Source of the DNA: a virus
Virus record (IMG/VR): IMGVR_UViG_3300029784_000281
DNA: 64,000 nucleotides
Strand: one strand, 5' to 3'
This document shows, piece by piece, positions 20,062 to 31,295 of this stretch. The position numbers and the translations under genes are program-made. The stretch's first letter is position 1. Each line of letters begins with the position of its first letter. The notes beneath the pieces are model-generated. The model did no database searches. It was not told the DNA's origin and worked only from the letters and a program-made list of their open reading frames with translations.

Positions 20062-20497
20062 GATATAAATTATATAGCTTTATCCAGCAAAACCCAATCA
20101 GCGATGACGCTAGATGTATCTCCCAGCTTATGCCGGGAATGACGTATGATATGACAAGACTGCTCGCCCATATCGCCCGGTCTCTCCATTTGGCCGAGGC
20201 TAGTCGCTCGCCCCACGTGGCGAATATCATGGCGCTCGCCCCGATGACGGGGGACGTGGAGAAGAACGAGGCGAGGACGGCCATGATATAGGACCGTGCG
20301 ATCTCCCTCTTGCCAATTCGCATTACCTTCAGGGCGTATGAGTTCCCGATCAGATGCCATATGTTCACGTGGAAGAACATGTATGACAGCCTCGTCCAGA
20401 AGGGGTATGACGGCCCGGAGGCGAAACCTAGTGGGTCTAGCGGTAACACGTATATCAGAAACAGTGCCGCAATCGTCGCATGGTTTGCTCGTAACAT
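20030..20497 (-). CDS. hypothetical polytopic membrane protein
   Basis: Several hydrophobic segments. Overlaps the terL start by about 30 nt. Uncertain. Confidence 0.3.
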   Translation of the reverse strand: MLRANHATIAALFLIYVLPLDPLGFASGPSYPFWTRLSYMFFHVNIWHLIGNSYALKVMRIGKREIARSYIMAVLASFFSTSPVIGASAMIFATWGERLASAKWRDRAIWASSLVISYVIPGISWEIHLASSLIGFCWIKLYNLYHDYRLVSRGE

Positions 20498-20901
20498 TCC
20501 TTTCTCATTTTAGATATGATGGCCTTGGCGCTCTCGGGCGTAAGTACGAAACATGGGGCGGGACTCTCTATTATGATGGATACGATATGCTTTATGGGCA
20601 TTTTGGGGTGATCCGATCGGTACGAGACGAATTTCTCGAATAAGGACTTGTAGAATACCTTGGCGTTGTCCTTCATCCCTTTTGGCATGGCCCCCTTGTT
20701 CATCTGGTATATGACGGACGAGGCCCTTTCCACGGATACCCAGTATCTGGAGGCTTGCGACGCTACGGTCTCGGTAAGTAGGTCCATATAGACAAGGTCC
20801 TTGTCTGATCTCATGTTCCTGTTCAAGGCTTCCCTGTACGCCCTAAGGAGGTCAAGGTTTCTTTCCCGCATCATGGAGAATACGCTTCCGTTCTTCCTCA
20901 T
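20455..20901 (-). CDS. hypothetical protein, possible terminase small subunit
   Basis: 148 aa, basic, upstream of terL on the same strand. The call rests on position only. Confidence 0.3.
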   Translation of the reverse strand: MRKNGSVFSMMRERNLDLLRAYREALNRNMRSDKDLVYMDLLTETVASQASRYWVSVERASSVIYQMNKGAMPKGMKDNAKVFYKSLFEKFVSYRSDHPKMPIKHIVSIIIESPAPCFVLTPESAKAIISKMRKECYEQTMRRLRHCF

Positions 20902-21016
20902 ATCATACCTGTTTTTACCAAAGTTACGAATTTCTGCTTTGCCGGGTAAGATTTATCGTTATGGGGGCTTGTATCGTTATCATATTTGCGTATAGAATAA
21001 TTTAAAAAAACAATGT

Positions 21017-21811
21017 ATGCCAGAAAATGATATTGACAATAAGCCTGTTACGTCTAAAAGAGATATGTTCTTGGAGAGTATTAGGGGACGTTATCCAGAT
21101 TTGGACGTGGAGAACGAGGATGAGTTTTATGGAAGATTGAACGACGAATTTGATAGGTTTGATAGAGGTGATAAAGCGCAGAGGGAACTAGGGGACTTGT
21201 TGGCCTCTGACCCTAGGAGCGCCGGCTTCTTGATGGTGATGCGCAAGGGCGGTAATCCCGTGGAATATCTTATCGAGAATTACGGGGATGATTTTAAGGC
21301 CGCCTTGGAAAGCGAGGAGGGAAAGAACAAATTCTCAGAGGCTTTTTCCAAGTATATGGAGAGGCAGACGAGAGACAAGGAACTGCAAAAGCAGGCGGAG
21401 GATAACCTGAGATTGATGATCCAAGGTCTGGAGGAAGCCCAGTCGGAAGGTAAATTCAGTGACGAGGACGCTAGGGCGGCTTATGAGTTCCTTTACGCCG
21501 ATGGAGGATTGTTGGATCGGATCGTGGTGAACGGTGTCACCAAGGATGATTGGATGATGCTGATGAAAGCGGCAAACTATGACAAGTCCATGATGGATGC
21601 AGCCAAACGTGAGGAGGAGGCCCGTAATGAGGGGGAGATAGCCGGACGTAACGCCAATATAGACATAAACAAGAGAAAGAGTACCAAGGTGGATCGGTTG
21701 CCGCCCGATCTGGGTTCCAGCGGGGGGATGACATCTCCCACGAAAAAGGAGAGAAACCCGACGATTGACAGACTAGACAAGATCACGGGACGTAAGAGTG
21801 TTTGGCAATAA
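21017..21811 (+). CDS. acidic coiled-coil protein, candidate scaffolding or head-morphogenesis protein
   Basis: Very acidic, coiled-coil-rich 264-aa protein immediately upstream of the capsid candidate. Confidence 0.4.
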   Translation: MPENDIDNKPVTSKRDMFLESIRGRYPDLDVENEDEFYGRLNDEFDRFDRGDKAQRELGDLLASDPRSAGFLMVMRKGGNPVEYLIENYGDDFKAALESEEGKNKFSEAFSKYMERQTRDKELQKQAEDNLRLMIQGLEEAQSEGKFSDEDARAAYEFLYADGGLLDRIVVNGVTKDDWMMLMKAANYDKSMMDAAKREEEARNEGEIAGRNANIDINKRKSTKVDRLPPDLGSSGGMTSPTKKERNPTIDRLDKITGRKSVWQ

Positions 21812-21842
21812 TCATAATTAATAACCATAAACAATTAGTAAA

Positions 21843-23279
21843 ATGAGATCAAAGAGTTTTTTTAATTATTTGGGCGGCTTGGTATTGACCGTTTTGGCCG
21901 TGATGCTAGGAGCCACTACCGGATGCGGGATGTGTATGGCCGTACCGACAACCACGGATGGAGGGGGAGAGGTGACTGATATTAACCCGGGGATTGCGGT
22001 CACGGATGCCAATGGCGGGGCGACTGCTACGGATGGCATTCAAATCTCGAAAGAAACGGATAATCCAGAGTATTATGCGAAGGCTATAGACAAGCGTATC
22101 ACGAAAATGAGACCGATGCGTACTCCTATAGACCAGATCACGAGGAGCGCAGAGAGTATTAGCAGGGTCAACAGCATGGTCGTGAAATATTACAGTGTAT
22201 CGACAAGACCCATCAAGGATTCCGTCAAGACCGATACGACCGAGATGGCATCAGGATCATCTTATGTAACCTTGCCTGTGAATGATGCTTCTCTCTTTAG
22301 CGTGACTGATACGATCCGGGTATCTGGGATCAAGGGCTATAAAGAGGATGGATCGACTCAGGATACGGTAAAGGACTTGATGCTTTATGTCGTGGGCAAG
22401 AGCGAGAACGAGGGATATCCGCAAGTGATTGCCGTGAACGGCAAACGAAATACGACAGGAGAGAATTCTATCGTTCCAGCCCTTAAAAAGAATGACGTGC
22501 TTATTCGTATGGGCCGTGCCGCAGGGGAATTGGACGTGGAGACCGGGCAGTTCTATTCATTGCCTACGCCACAAGAACAATTTTGCCAGAGATTCATGAT
22601 GCAGGTAGAGGAGTCCACGTATAATAAGATGTGGAGTAAGGAGGTTGACTGGAACTTTGACGATATGGAGGAGGACGCTATCTATGATATGCGTTTGGGT
22701 ATGGAGAACTCATTCCTGTTCGGTATCAAGGGAAAGAGTAAGGATCCCAAGAAAACGGGTATGGATGTTTATTTCACCGGTGGTATTTGGTGGATGGCAG
22801 GTCAGGACAAGTCTTTGGGAACCGTTGATGACTCGACCAATGAGATTGTGATCAAGGACGATGAGATGGTTGATTTCTTGAAGGAGATCTTCACGGGTAA
22901 TGATGCGGGGAACAAGACGAAGATCGCTTTCTGCGGATCTGATTTCTTGGCAGCCTTGGCCAAGATGAAGAGTGAGCGTTTCAAGGTCGTTAAGGAGTTC
23001 GAGAAGTGGGGGCTTAAATTTACCTCTTTCGATAGCAATTTCGGTAAGTTGCTGGCTATGCACCATGAGTTGCTTGATATGAACATGAAATCAGACGAGG
23101 CCTTTGTTATGGACCCCGAATACCTCCGTAAAAGGACTTTCGAGATGTTTAGCAGAAAGACTTATGACATGGAGAAATTAGCGAAACGTAAGACTAGTGC
23201 CGTGGTCTTGAATGAGGCCAGTTGCTGTTATCTGGTATATCCGAACGCCCACATCCGTGTTAAGTTAGGTTCTTTATAA
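21843..23279 (+). CDS. major capsid protein (candidate)
   Basis: 478 aa, between the scaffold-like gene and the tail genes, followed by a hairpin with a poly-G stem. No motif-level confirmation. Confidence 0.4.
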   Translation: MRSKSFFNYLGGLVLTVLAVMLGATTGCGMCMAVPTTTDGGGEVTDINPGIAVTDANGGATATDGIQISKETDNPEYYAKAIDKRITKMRPMRTPIDQITRSAESISRVNSMVVKYYSVSTRPIKDSVKTDTTEMASGSSYVTLPVNDASLFSVTDTIRVSGIKGYKEDGSTQDTVKDLMLYVVGKSENEGYPQVIAVNGKRNTTGENSIVPALKKNDVLIRMGRAAGELDVETGQFYSLPTPQEQFCQRFMMQVEESTYNKMWSKEVDWNFDDMEEDAIYDMRLGMENSFLFGIKGKSKDPKKTGMDVYFTGGIWWMAGQDKSLGTVDDSTNEIVIKDDEMVDFLKEIFTGNDAGNKTKIAFCGSDFLAALAKMKSERFKVVKEFEKWGLKFTSFDSNFGKLLAMHHELLDMNMKSDEAFVMDPEYLRKRTFEMFSRKTYDMEKLAKRKTSAVVLNEASCCYLVYPNAHIRVKLGSL

Positions 23280-23281
23280 AA

Positions 23282-23310
23282 TAGGGGGGGATTCGCCTCC
23301 CCGCTTTAAA
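23282..23310 (+). terminator. possible attenuator or terminator hairpin after the capsid gene
   Basis: GGGGGGGattcgCCTCCCC hairpin followed by gcttt. The T-run is weak. Confidence 0.3.
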
Positions 23311-23320
23311 TCGTTGTGTC

Positions 23321-23686
23321 ATGAAATATTTCTCAGATAGTGTTTTGTCATTTAATCTTAAGGTGCGTGATAGATATCGAAGGATTCGTTTTATCCCTAT
23401 GACAAGGAACGGGAGTTATTATATCCCTAGGGATAAGGATGAGGCCAAGGCGTTGGAGTCAATGGATTGTTATGGGAGTCGTTTTATAAAGATAGAATCC
23501 GATCCCGCTCCAGATAAAAAGTCTAGGACAAAGGATTTGACCCCGGTCGAGGAGATAAGGTCCTTTCAAGAGGCTATTGATTATTTAGAGAAAACTTTCG
23601 GTTCGGATATAAGCGGGCTTATATCCCCGGAAAGCATTCAGGGGGAAGCCCGGAAAAACGGGGTGGTATTTCCTAATATGGGATGA
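23321..23686 (+). CDS. hypothetical virion protein
   Basis: 121-aa ORF in the structural module. Confidence 0.4.
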   Translation: MKYFSDSVLSFNLKVRDRYRRIRFIPMTRNGSYYIPRDKDEAKALESMDCYGSRFIKIESDPAPDKKSRTKDLTPVEEIRSFQEAIDYLEKTFGSDISGLISPESIQGEARKNGVVFPNMG

Positions 23687-23687
23687 T

Positions 23688-24356
23688 ATGAGGTATAATG
23701 TCGAGGATTTGGTGACATCCGTGCGGATAACCTTGGATGAGAACAGGATTGAGCAAGAGTATATAGTCTCGGAGGATAACAATATGGAGCTTAATGAGAT
23801 TATAAGGGAGAAGCTGCTTGACGCTGTACGATCAGTGGAGAGGATAGCTCCGGTACAGATGTTAGATAGCGTTCCGTTGGTAATCCCTGAGGCGGCCCAA
23901 TATTGCGATACCGATGGTTCCGGATACGTGGTGCTTCCACCAGATTTCCTTAGGCTGACCTTGTTTAAGATGCGATCATGGCGTAATCCGGTATTTGACG
24001 CTATAGGGGATGATACGGAGGAGGCTAGGATGCAATATAACGTATATACCCGTGGCACGCCGATTCGTCCTGTTTGCGTGCTCTCAAGGGATTTGTCCGG
24101 TAGTAAGATCCTTCGGTATTATACCGTGGGGTTTGAGAATGACGGGAAATATAACCGTAGGGATCACCGGATAGATAGGGCGCTTTATCTTCCCGTTCCT
24201 TCATATACGGGGGATAACAACGAAGAGCTAGAGTTCAATTCCCTCCTTCGGGAGGCCATTATAAATTATACGGCCGGATTGGTTATGGTTTCCAGAAGGG
24301 AACCCCAAATGGCCGAGACTTTTTTTAATATTGGAAAATCATTCGTGGAGTCATGA
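23688..24356 (+). CDS. hypothetical virion protein
   Basis: 222-aa ORF. It overlaps the tailspike start by 4 nt (ATGA coupling). Confidence 0.45.
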   Translation: MRYNVEDLVTSVRITLDENRIEQEYIVSEDNNMELNEIIREKLLDAVRSVERIAPVQMLDSVPLVIPEAAQYCDTDGSGYVVLPPDFLRLTLFKMRSWRNPVFDAIGDDTEEARMQYNVYTRGTPIRPVCVLSRDLSGSKILRYYTVGFENDGKYNRRDHRIDRALYLPVPSYTGDNNEELEFNSLLREAIINYTAGLVMVSRREPQMAETFFNIGKSFVES

Positions 24357-27300
24357 GCGAGAAAGATAACAACGTGATGCCTTTGGCTACAGATCCTCAT
24401 AATCTGGGCGAGTTCGATAACGTGTATGACGCTATGCGTAGGTATCCTAACGGAGGCGTGGACGGGGATTATATTTATATCTTGGGTGTCCAGCATTTTT
24501 GGAACGTGAATCGTCAAAGCTGGGGGATACTAAAGGATAAGGAGGATAATTTAGTCCAGATGGTAGAGGATTTTATCGGCCTTTTCGAGAGAAGGGGGTA
24601 TGTCTTCGCTGGTTATGCGTTACCAGACACCACTCCTGTTTCTGGGCTTGACAATATCTTTTATATAGCGGCCAAGAATGGGGTTTATACTCATTTTGGA
24701 AGCGATCTGAAATTATTGAATGAGGTTGCTATCTTACGTAAACCCAGAAGATCATCTATATGGATTAAGGATTCAATGGATATCCCGAACTCGGAGAGGA
24801 TAGACGTTATAGATGATGCCATATCACGGATAAATGTCGATATAGAGACAATAAAATCGGCGATTATCGGCATGGAGAATGATCTTGATGGGGTACATGA
24901 TTCTATCGATGATATAAATAAGGATATAGATGCTTTCAAGAAGGAGACCTCCGAAAATTTCGAGGAGGTAAACTCTGATTTAGATAAGGTGGAGAAGCGT
25001 CTTGATTACATACCTAAGGAGTCGTTTTTATCAGCTCGTCCCGCCGGTTTCAAGCCGGACATCGACCTTACCCCGGAGATCACGGTAGACCGTGCTTGGA
25101 GAGACCATGAGGGTAACGTTATCCGTGATACGTATATCACCCGGAGGGGATTGAGGAACGAGATAATCGACATCACCAACCAGCAGGTAACGGACTTGAA
25201 GCCCGGTTCCGTCGATCCGGACGATCTTTCCGAGGCTACGAAGCAATTGATCGGTAACAAGAGCATCACCAATCTTCCGGACGAGGAGGATATAACCGTG
25301 ACGGATAATCGGACCTTGAAGTTGAAAGATAAGGAATACGCCCCGAAGGATTACTCCGGCATGGGACGTGTGTACCTTCGGAAGCATTACGTGAACGGCG
25401 TGAACACGCTCACGCAGCACATGATGAGAAAGCCTAATACCATCTACATCATCCAGTACGACTACTGCTTAGCCGGGCAGACGATCGAAGTGCCGGAGAA
25501 TTGCGTGCTGGATTTCCAAGGGGGGAGTTTGAGGGATGGAATATTACAAGGTAATAATACTATTATTAAAGCATGTTATAATATTTTCGATGGTATAACT
25601 TTTATTGGATCTTTTGAATGTTCATTTAAAGCTTTGTGGTTTAATGTTAGTTCAAAAAACATAGATAATTCTCCTTTTATTATGGATATGTTATATCGAT
25701 TAAAGGGAGTTGATAAATCAATAACTCTTGATTATGGAGGTGTAGTTGTTGATTTTGAAAGCAATAGCGTATATAGGTTGTCATCTTCTATTGATTTAAC
25801 TGGATTCTCTCTTTGTCTTGATTTTAAAGGATGTATATTTCAACCCAATAAAGATTTTTCCGGAGATTATGTAATTGGTGTATTCTCCTCTTCCGCTTGG
25901 AATGATGGATTTTGGGGAGGTGTTATAAAGAATCTTAATATACAAAATGATAATAGATTAAATGTGGGAGGAATATACTTAATACATAGTTTTAAGACTT
26001 CTTTAGAAGGTATTTATACATGCAATATGCATAAATCATCCTGTTACATAGGAGAAAATTGCGCTGAACTAGTATTAAGAGACTTTAATTTTAAATTTGA
26101 TTACTCTTACTCAAATAATGCTCCTATAGATGTGGATAATATGCCCATGTACTCTGGTTTATGTGTAAGATCCACAGATGTGTTTATTAGTGATGGATTT
26201 ATTACACATTATCATATCGGAATGTTTGTTGATGCTGGGTCAAACATGTTTAGTCGTATTCATATATGGGGATATAATGATAAAGTTACCGACTTACCTC
26301 CTCATACATGTAATATCGGGGTATATCTTACAAAATATGCTGGTGTGTCTAGTTATTTTGGAGTAATTACAGATGATACTTACCCTATTGATAATATGAA
26401 AAGTCCTAAAGATATAGTAAACGGAAGATTAAATGGAGGTGTGGGATTCTTTCTAAATGATGCTTATTCTAATCTATTCTCGGGTTGTAGGGGTGTTGGT
26501 AATTCATATCAAGGAACTTCCAATATAATTAAATTTTTCTATATAGCATCAGATAAACCAGAAGATTGCAATTGGGATAACGCTTTTGTAGCTTGTTCTA
26601 AAAGTGGAAATGCATATACTCGTGATGTTCTTAATTATAGCCCAGATATCCCGGAAATTTCTCAAAATAGATCATCTTCATTGGCATTAAGAGGAAAAAA
26701 TGGATGGATTTTTAATAACTATTTTACACAAAATAATTATCAAAACTGGTATACATTTAATACAGATGCTAAAGGGGTAAATAATGATGATATGGATTTT
26801 GTGTTAAGATTTGTAAAATCAGGTAATTTAATCGGCAGATTATTCTTTTCACAAAGACCAGACAATAATGGTAATTTAAATTCCAGTTTTAGGATACTTA
26901 CGAACAATAATAATGGATTAAGCATACAGGATAAATATGAATGTATTGTCCCAGAAGGTGGCAATGGCAAGTTGAAATTTGGTAATTTTTCAAATTCTCA
27001 CGATTATAACTTCAAATATGTCGCAGGCAATACTATTGGTAGTGTAGGATACTCTGATAGCGAAGGAGGACTGCCTGATGATTTATTAGGAGGGGAATAT
27101 GGGCTTCTGTGTTTTGATAAGTCTAGGATTGAATATAGCTTATGGAATGGCTATAACTGGGTAAATATAAATGGAACAAAGGTTAACGAAAAATCATTAA
27201 AAGGGAAAAAGATATCTATACTTGGAGATAGTATATCAACATATGATGGTTATTTACCTAATGGATATCCTGCATTCTATAATGATGCAAATTTAGAAAA

Positions 27301-27973
27301 TGTAAATAATACTTACTGGATGCGCTTTATTAAAGCGACAGACGCTACGTTGGGGGTAAACTCTTCTTATAGTGGGTCGCATGTTTGTGGAAATAGTAAT
27401 GATACCACTGGAAGTGTTTGCTGTTCAACTGCGAGAATAGATAAATTAGGAGAAAACGGAGACCCTGACATAATCATCATCAATGTTGGCATAAATGATT
27501 TTGGAGGTTCTACAGGAAATAAATCTATTGGTACATGGAATAGCAAGTCTACTATTCCTTCTGAAGGAGTTCAATCAACTTTTTCTGAAGGGTATGCTCT
27601 AATGTTAGCAAAAATAATGAAGAAATATCCAATGGCTAAAATATTTACATGTTTATTAATTCCTGTGTCTAATACAGGTTATGATCAATCTTCTGCTAAT
27701 GAGTATCCAATTGTAAATGCTAACGGAGACAGTCTGTATGAATTTAATGAATGTATAAAAAGTGTGTCTAATGTCTTAGGTGCTTGTATCGTCGATATGT
27801 ATTCTTGTGGAATGAATATATATAATTCTAAAATATTTTTAATAGATGGATTACACCCAAAGATTAATGGGCACAAGTTAATGTGTGATAGTTTGTATAA
27901 AACGGTACATAATTCTTTTATGGAAAGAAAGAAAATATTCCAAAAAGATAAAGGAGAGTATGAAATTATATAA
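24353..27973 (+). CDS. tailspike or tail fibre with a beta-helix-like middle region and a C-terminal SGNH/GDSL hydrolase (esterase) domain
   Basis: The C-terminus has KKISILGDSISTYDGY (block I GDS), IIINVGINDFGG (block III GxND) and DGLHP (block V DxxH). The central AT-rich region is Asn/Gly/Ser-rich, as in beta-helix tailspikes. Confidence 0.7.
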   Translation: MSEKDNNVMPLATDPHNLGEFDNVYDAMRRYPNGGVDGDYIYILGVQHFWNVNRQSWGILKDKEDNLVQMVEDFIGLFERRGYVFAGYALPDTTPVSGLDNIFYIAAKNGVYTHFGSDLKLLNEVAILRKPRRSSIWIKDSMDIPNSERIDVIDDAISRINVDIETIKSAIIGMENDLDGVHDSIDDINKDIDAFKKETSENFEEVNSDLDKVEKRLDYIPKESFLSARPAGFKPDIDLTPEITVDRAWRDHEGNVIRDTYITRRGLRNEIIDITNQQVTDLKPGSVDPDDLSEATKQLIGNKSITNLPDEEDITVTDNRTLKLKDKEYAPKDYSGMGRVYLRKHYVNGVNTLTQHMMRKPNTIYIIQYDYCLAGQTIEVPENCVLDFQGGSLRDGILQGNNTIIKACYNIFDGITFIGSFECSFKALWFNVSSKNIDNSPFIMDMLYRLKGVDKSITLDYGGVVVDFESNSVYRLSSSIDLTGFSLCLDFKGCIFQPNKDFSGDYVIGVFSSSAWNDGFWGGVIKNLNIQNDNRLNVGGIYLIHSFKTSLEGIYTCNMHKSSCYIGENCAELVLRDFNFKFDYSYSNNAPIDVDNMPMYSGLCVRSTDVFISDGFITHYHIGMFVDAGSNMFSRIHIWGYNDKVTDLPPHTCNIGVYLTKYAGVSSYFGVITDDTYPIDNMKSPKDIVNGRLNGGVGFFLNDAYSNLFSGCRGVGNSYQGTSNIIKFFYIASDKPEDCNWDNAFVACSKSGNAYTRDVLNYSPDIPEISQNRSSSLALRGKNGWIFNNYFTQNNYQNWYTFNTDAKGVNNDDMDFVLRFVKSGNLIGRLFFSQRPDNNGNLNSSFRILTNNNNGLSIQDKYECIVPEGGNGKLKFGNFSNSHDYNFKYVAGNTIGSVGYSDSEGGLPDDLLGGEYGLLCFDKSRIEYSLWNGYNWVNINGTKVNEKSLKGKKISILGDSISTYDGYLPNGYPAFYNDANLENVNNTYWMRFIKATDATLGVNSSYSGSHVCGNSNDTTGSVCCSTARIDKLGENGDPDIIIINVGINDFGGSTGNKSIGTWNSKSTIPSEGVQSTFSEGYALMLAKIMKKYPMAKIFTCLLIPVSNTGYDQSSANEYPIVNANGDSLYEFNECIKSVSNVLGACIVDMYSCGMNIYNSKIFLIDGLHPKINGHKLMCDSLYKTVHNSFMERKKIFQKDKGEYEII

Positions 27974-28007
27974 CAATACGGCGAACTTATACTTTTAAAT
28001 TAACAAG

Positions 28008-28322
28008 TTGAAAATCATGGAACAATTCATATACACGATCATCAGAAAGATATTCAAGCTTGTATTCTCTGTTTACAAGCCGAAGGTAAGGATATTGTAC
28101 AAAGGCCGTAAGAACATCGATCTTACGGAGAACGGCGATCAGCGCATAAGGGTAGGTAAGCCTTTCTATCTGGCCGGGAACATCTACAAATTAGATCAGT
28201 TGGATAATAAGAGCGTATTCAAGCTAGCCCTTTACAAGAAGGAAGGCGAGGATTGGTCAAAGGCTAACGACCTTGATTTGATCTTGAGACTTAACGCCGG
28301 CTACAACATATTTTACGTATAA
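28008..28322 (+). CDS. hypothetical small protein
   Basis: 104-aa ORF between tail genes. Confidence 0.35.
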   Translation: MKIMEQFIYTIIRKIFKLVFSVYKPKVRILYKGRKNIDLTENGDQRIRVGKPFYLAGNIYKLDQLDNKSVFKLALYKKEGEDWSKANDLDLILRLNAGYNIFYV

Positions 28323-28343
28323 CGAACTAAAGCACGATACATC

Positions 28344-29300
28344 ATGGAAGAGCGAAAAGATATTTGCGAGGGTTACGAGAGGGATAGCGTACAGCAGCTA
28401 GACAAGCTGGCCAAGGATAAGAACGAGCGTTTTCCGATCTATCCGTTGACATACATTCAGGCCGTATATGACGCTAGGACGAAAGAGAGGCTTGATTCCA
28501 TATTGTGGAAATGCAACAACGTGTATTTGCCTTGGATGGGATCGGCGGGGGATACCCGTATACAATTGCCTTTCTGGATGAGAAGGAAGGGTATCATAAT
28601 CACTTACAAGAACCTTGACGAGGAGACGATAACCGAGAAGCTCACCTATGATCTTTGTATCGCTGATGATTTCTTCCGTCTAGACTCCTCTTGGACTAGG
28701 ATAACGGACGCCCTTCCGGTCGGGGGTAACATAACCATAGGCTCTAACGGAAATTGGTTTCAAGATGGCGTTGATACCGGCTTCAAGGCACAGGGACCTA
28801 AAGGGGACAACGGACAAGTTCCACACCTTCGCTTGGCTGGTGGATACGTAAAATATAGCTACGATGAAGAGATATGGTATGATCTTTTTCCGCTCATTGA
28901 CATAACCCCAAGCGTAAAGGTGGGTGAGGTAAAGACGTTACCCGCAGGTAGCAAGGCTTCGGTAACGAACGTTAGTGGGGATAAGGACGCTATTTTCGAC
29001 TTTGGAATCCCTATGGGAAATACTGGGGCCAAGGGAGAGAAGGGGGATGGGTATGATTTGTTGGGATTCATGGATACGGCGGATGCTTTGCCTTCCACCG
29101 CTAATATCGGTGACGCTTACGCTGTAGGAACTTCCTCCCCATATCATCTTTACGTATGGAAGGACAATGTTAGTAAGTTCGTTGATATAGGCTCACTTAA
29201 CGAGATAAAGGCCTCTATCTTTGACGGGGGTAGGGCTGATAGTAATTATGGTGGGACAAGAACCATCGATTGCGGTGGGGCTGACGCTTATTTGGTGTAA
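28344..29300 (+). CDS. tail fibre protein with short collagen-like G-X-Y tracts
   Basis: GPKGDNGQ and GAKGEKGDG collagen-like triplets. Located within the fibre cluster. Confidence 0.5.
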   Translation: MEERKDICEGYERDSVQQLDKLAKDKNERFPIYPLTYIQAVYDARTKERLDSILWKCNNVYLPWMGSAGDTRIQLPFWMRRKGIIITYKNLDEETITEKLTYDLCIADDFFRLDSSWTRITDALPVGGNITIGSNGNWFQDGVDTGFKAQGPKGDNGQVPHLRLAGGYVKYSYDEEIWYDLFPLIDITPSVKVGEVKTLPAGSKASVTNVSGDKDAIFDFGIPMGNTGAKGEKGDGYDLLGFMDTADALPSTANIGDAYAVGTSSPYHLYVWKDNVSKFVDIGSLNEIKASIFDGGRADSNYGGTRTIDCGGADAYLV

Positions 29301-29318
29301 CTCATAAATTATTTACCT

Positions 29319-31295
29319 ATGGAAAGAATTCAGTTAAGAAGAGATACGTCGACAAGATGGAGAGAGGTGAACCCTATTCTCATGGAAGGTGAGGTCGGAT
29401 TTGAGACGGATACCAGATTGAGAAAGATCGGTGATGGCGTGAACCGTTGGAATGACCTTGAGTATTTGAAGGCAGAAGGTATCGTACAAGAAATTGGGGA
29501 TAGCGAGGATGTATCCATTAGCCAGAAAACGCTTTCTAATGAAACATTTTTGAATCGTGTGAACTTAAAAAGCTCAAATGATTTAGACTTGTGTACTCAA
29601 ATTGGAATTTATACATGGGTGAATGATGAGATTCCTCTAAATTCCCCGGTACAAGGCTTAGGTTTAATGAACGTATTTCCCTATTTCCTAGATAAAGATG
29701 TCTTAAAACAACGAATTGTCCAGCAAGTCTTCGATTACTATGGGAGAATGTATGTCAGATATAAAAGTAGTGGAGAATGGGGCGATTGGAACAGGCCTGC
29801 GGAAAAATCCATGTTGGATAACACCGTAGACAATACTTTCACTTACAGAAGAATTTTAAGTTCGGATAATAATTTAGATGAGATCTCTCATATCGGGATA
29901 TACTCGTGGATATCGGGCTCGGTTCCTCAAAACGCACCAGTTAGTTACGGAGGCGTACTTCTATTATTCCCTTATTTCCGGACGGAGTATACCGAGTTAA
30001 GCCGTACCGTGCAAATAGTCATAGCCTCAAGCGGGAAGATGTTCTCCCGATATCGTACCACATCGGGTTGGGGTTCTTGGGTCTCTGGAGGATCGGGAGG
30101 ATCTGGAAAGACTTATGAGGATCGATTGATGAGGGCGTTTTTAGATAAAACTTTCACGACGTGGCAACCCGAAGGTAATATACCTCGTAATTCACAAGAA
30201 TTGTCATATTACAGTGGGGCTATAAGTGGCCTTCCTTATAGCTCCGTGTTTAATTTTGGTAACGACATTTACTATAACCGTGGTCTCTCCTCCTTTTTTT
30301 CAGCGGTAAAGAATAAGGGAAGTGTTTTATATAGTAAAGGTTACGGACAGGACACTAGAAGAGGCTCTTATTATGGTACCGTTTGCTCTACTTTTGGATC
30401 TTATATATCTGGTCAAAAGATATATTATACCACGACGGAGATTCCGGAGGTTGCCGAGGAGATCACCTATGTTGATATCGAGCAAATAAACATAGGTGAT
30501 ATTTTGTGGACTTCCGGGCATTGTAAGGTTGTTTCCTCTGTCAATGTGGATGAGGATGGCATCTATAATATCGTCGTTACGGAGCAAGGAGGATATAATA
30601 TGATGGAAACGGTTTACGATAAAGATGGGTTTGAGAAAATCCTTAAAGGGATAGATCCTCATGATAAGAGGGTCTTTAAATTATATCGCTTCCAAAATCA
30701 AAGGATACCGGTTTTGCCTAAAATAGAATATAGCGAGAATGTCATTTCTGAATATGGGGATAGGACCTATTTTGAGCAAGGGCAAGATGTCTTTATAGCG
30801 GTCAAAGACGGGGATCATATTAATATTTCTGATGGAAGCAATACGAATAGATACCTTTTATCGGGAATGTCCTCTAAAATCGTGAACGGGATCGAGCTAT
30901 ATAACGTGCGACCATATCTATCAGAGGCGGGAGAGTATGATTTGTATACCGATAATGATGATCGTCACGCTAAACTATCTGTGATAGACATGGGTGATGT
31001 TATCTTGGATGATATTACAGTGAGGTTGACAGGATACAGCTACAATGTAAAACCTAGCTGGTATAACGTAATATACCTAATAGAAGCGGAGGAAGGAGAG
31101 TATCCGTATTTTCCGGCCCCAGAAGGATACATGGGGCATGGTGCCGTTATGTGCAAGGATCTCATAAAAGACAATACTTTTAACGTAATCATGAGGGATG
31201 TGAAGGATTATGCTTCTGGATATTACGTCAGATGTTATTATGACACGAAATTCGGATTGGCTTATAAGGACAGTAATATCATTATGATAAAATAA
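29319..31295 (+). CDS. tail fibre protein with a conserved HylP-like N-terminal domain
   Basis: The N-terminus MERIQLRRDTSTRWREVNPILMEGEVGFETDTRLRKIGDGVNRWNDLEYL matches the N-terminal domain shared by phage hyaluronidase HylP and tail fibres. Confidence 0.7.
   Translation: MERIQLRRDTSTRWREVNPILMEGEVGFETDTRLRKIGDGVNRWNDLEYLKAEGIVQEIGDSEDVSISQKTLSNETFLNRVNLKSSNDLDLCTQIGIYTWVNDEIPLNSPVQGLGLMNVFPYFLDKDVLKQRIVQQVFDYYGRMYVRYKSSGEWGDWNRPAEKSMLDNTVDNTFTYRRILSSDNNLDEISHIGIYSWISGSVPQNAPVSYGGVLLLFPYFRTEYTELSRTVQIVIASSGKMFSRYRTTSGWGSWVSGGSGGSGKTYEDRLMRAFLDKTFTTWQPEGNIPRNSQELSYYSGAISGLPYSSVFNFGNDIYYNRGLSSFFSAVKNKGSVLYSKGYGQDTRRGSYYGTVCSTFGSYISGQKIYYTTTEIPEVAEEITYVDIEQINIGDILWTSGHCKVVSSVNVDEDGIYNIVVTEQGGYNMMETVYDKDGFEKILKGIDPHDKRVFKLYRFQNQRIPVLPKIEYSENVISEYGDRTYFEQGQDVFIAVKDGDHINISDGSNTNRYLLSGMSSKIVNGIELYNVRPYLSEAGEYDLYTDNDDRHAKLSVIDMGDVILDDITVRLTGYSYNVKPSWYNVIYLIEAEEGEYPYFPAPEGYMGHGAVMCKDLIKDNTFNVIMRDVKDYASGYYVRCYYDTKFGLAYKDSNIIMIK

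Noticed and set aside
20070-20643. Overlapping ORFs 20070-20360 (-), 20296-20643 (+) and 20310-20513 (+)
   Set aside because: Alternative frames of the region already covered by 20030-20497 and 20455-20901. Arg/Ser-rich artefactual translations.
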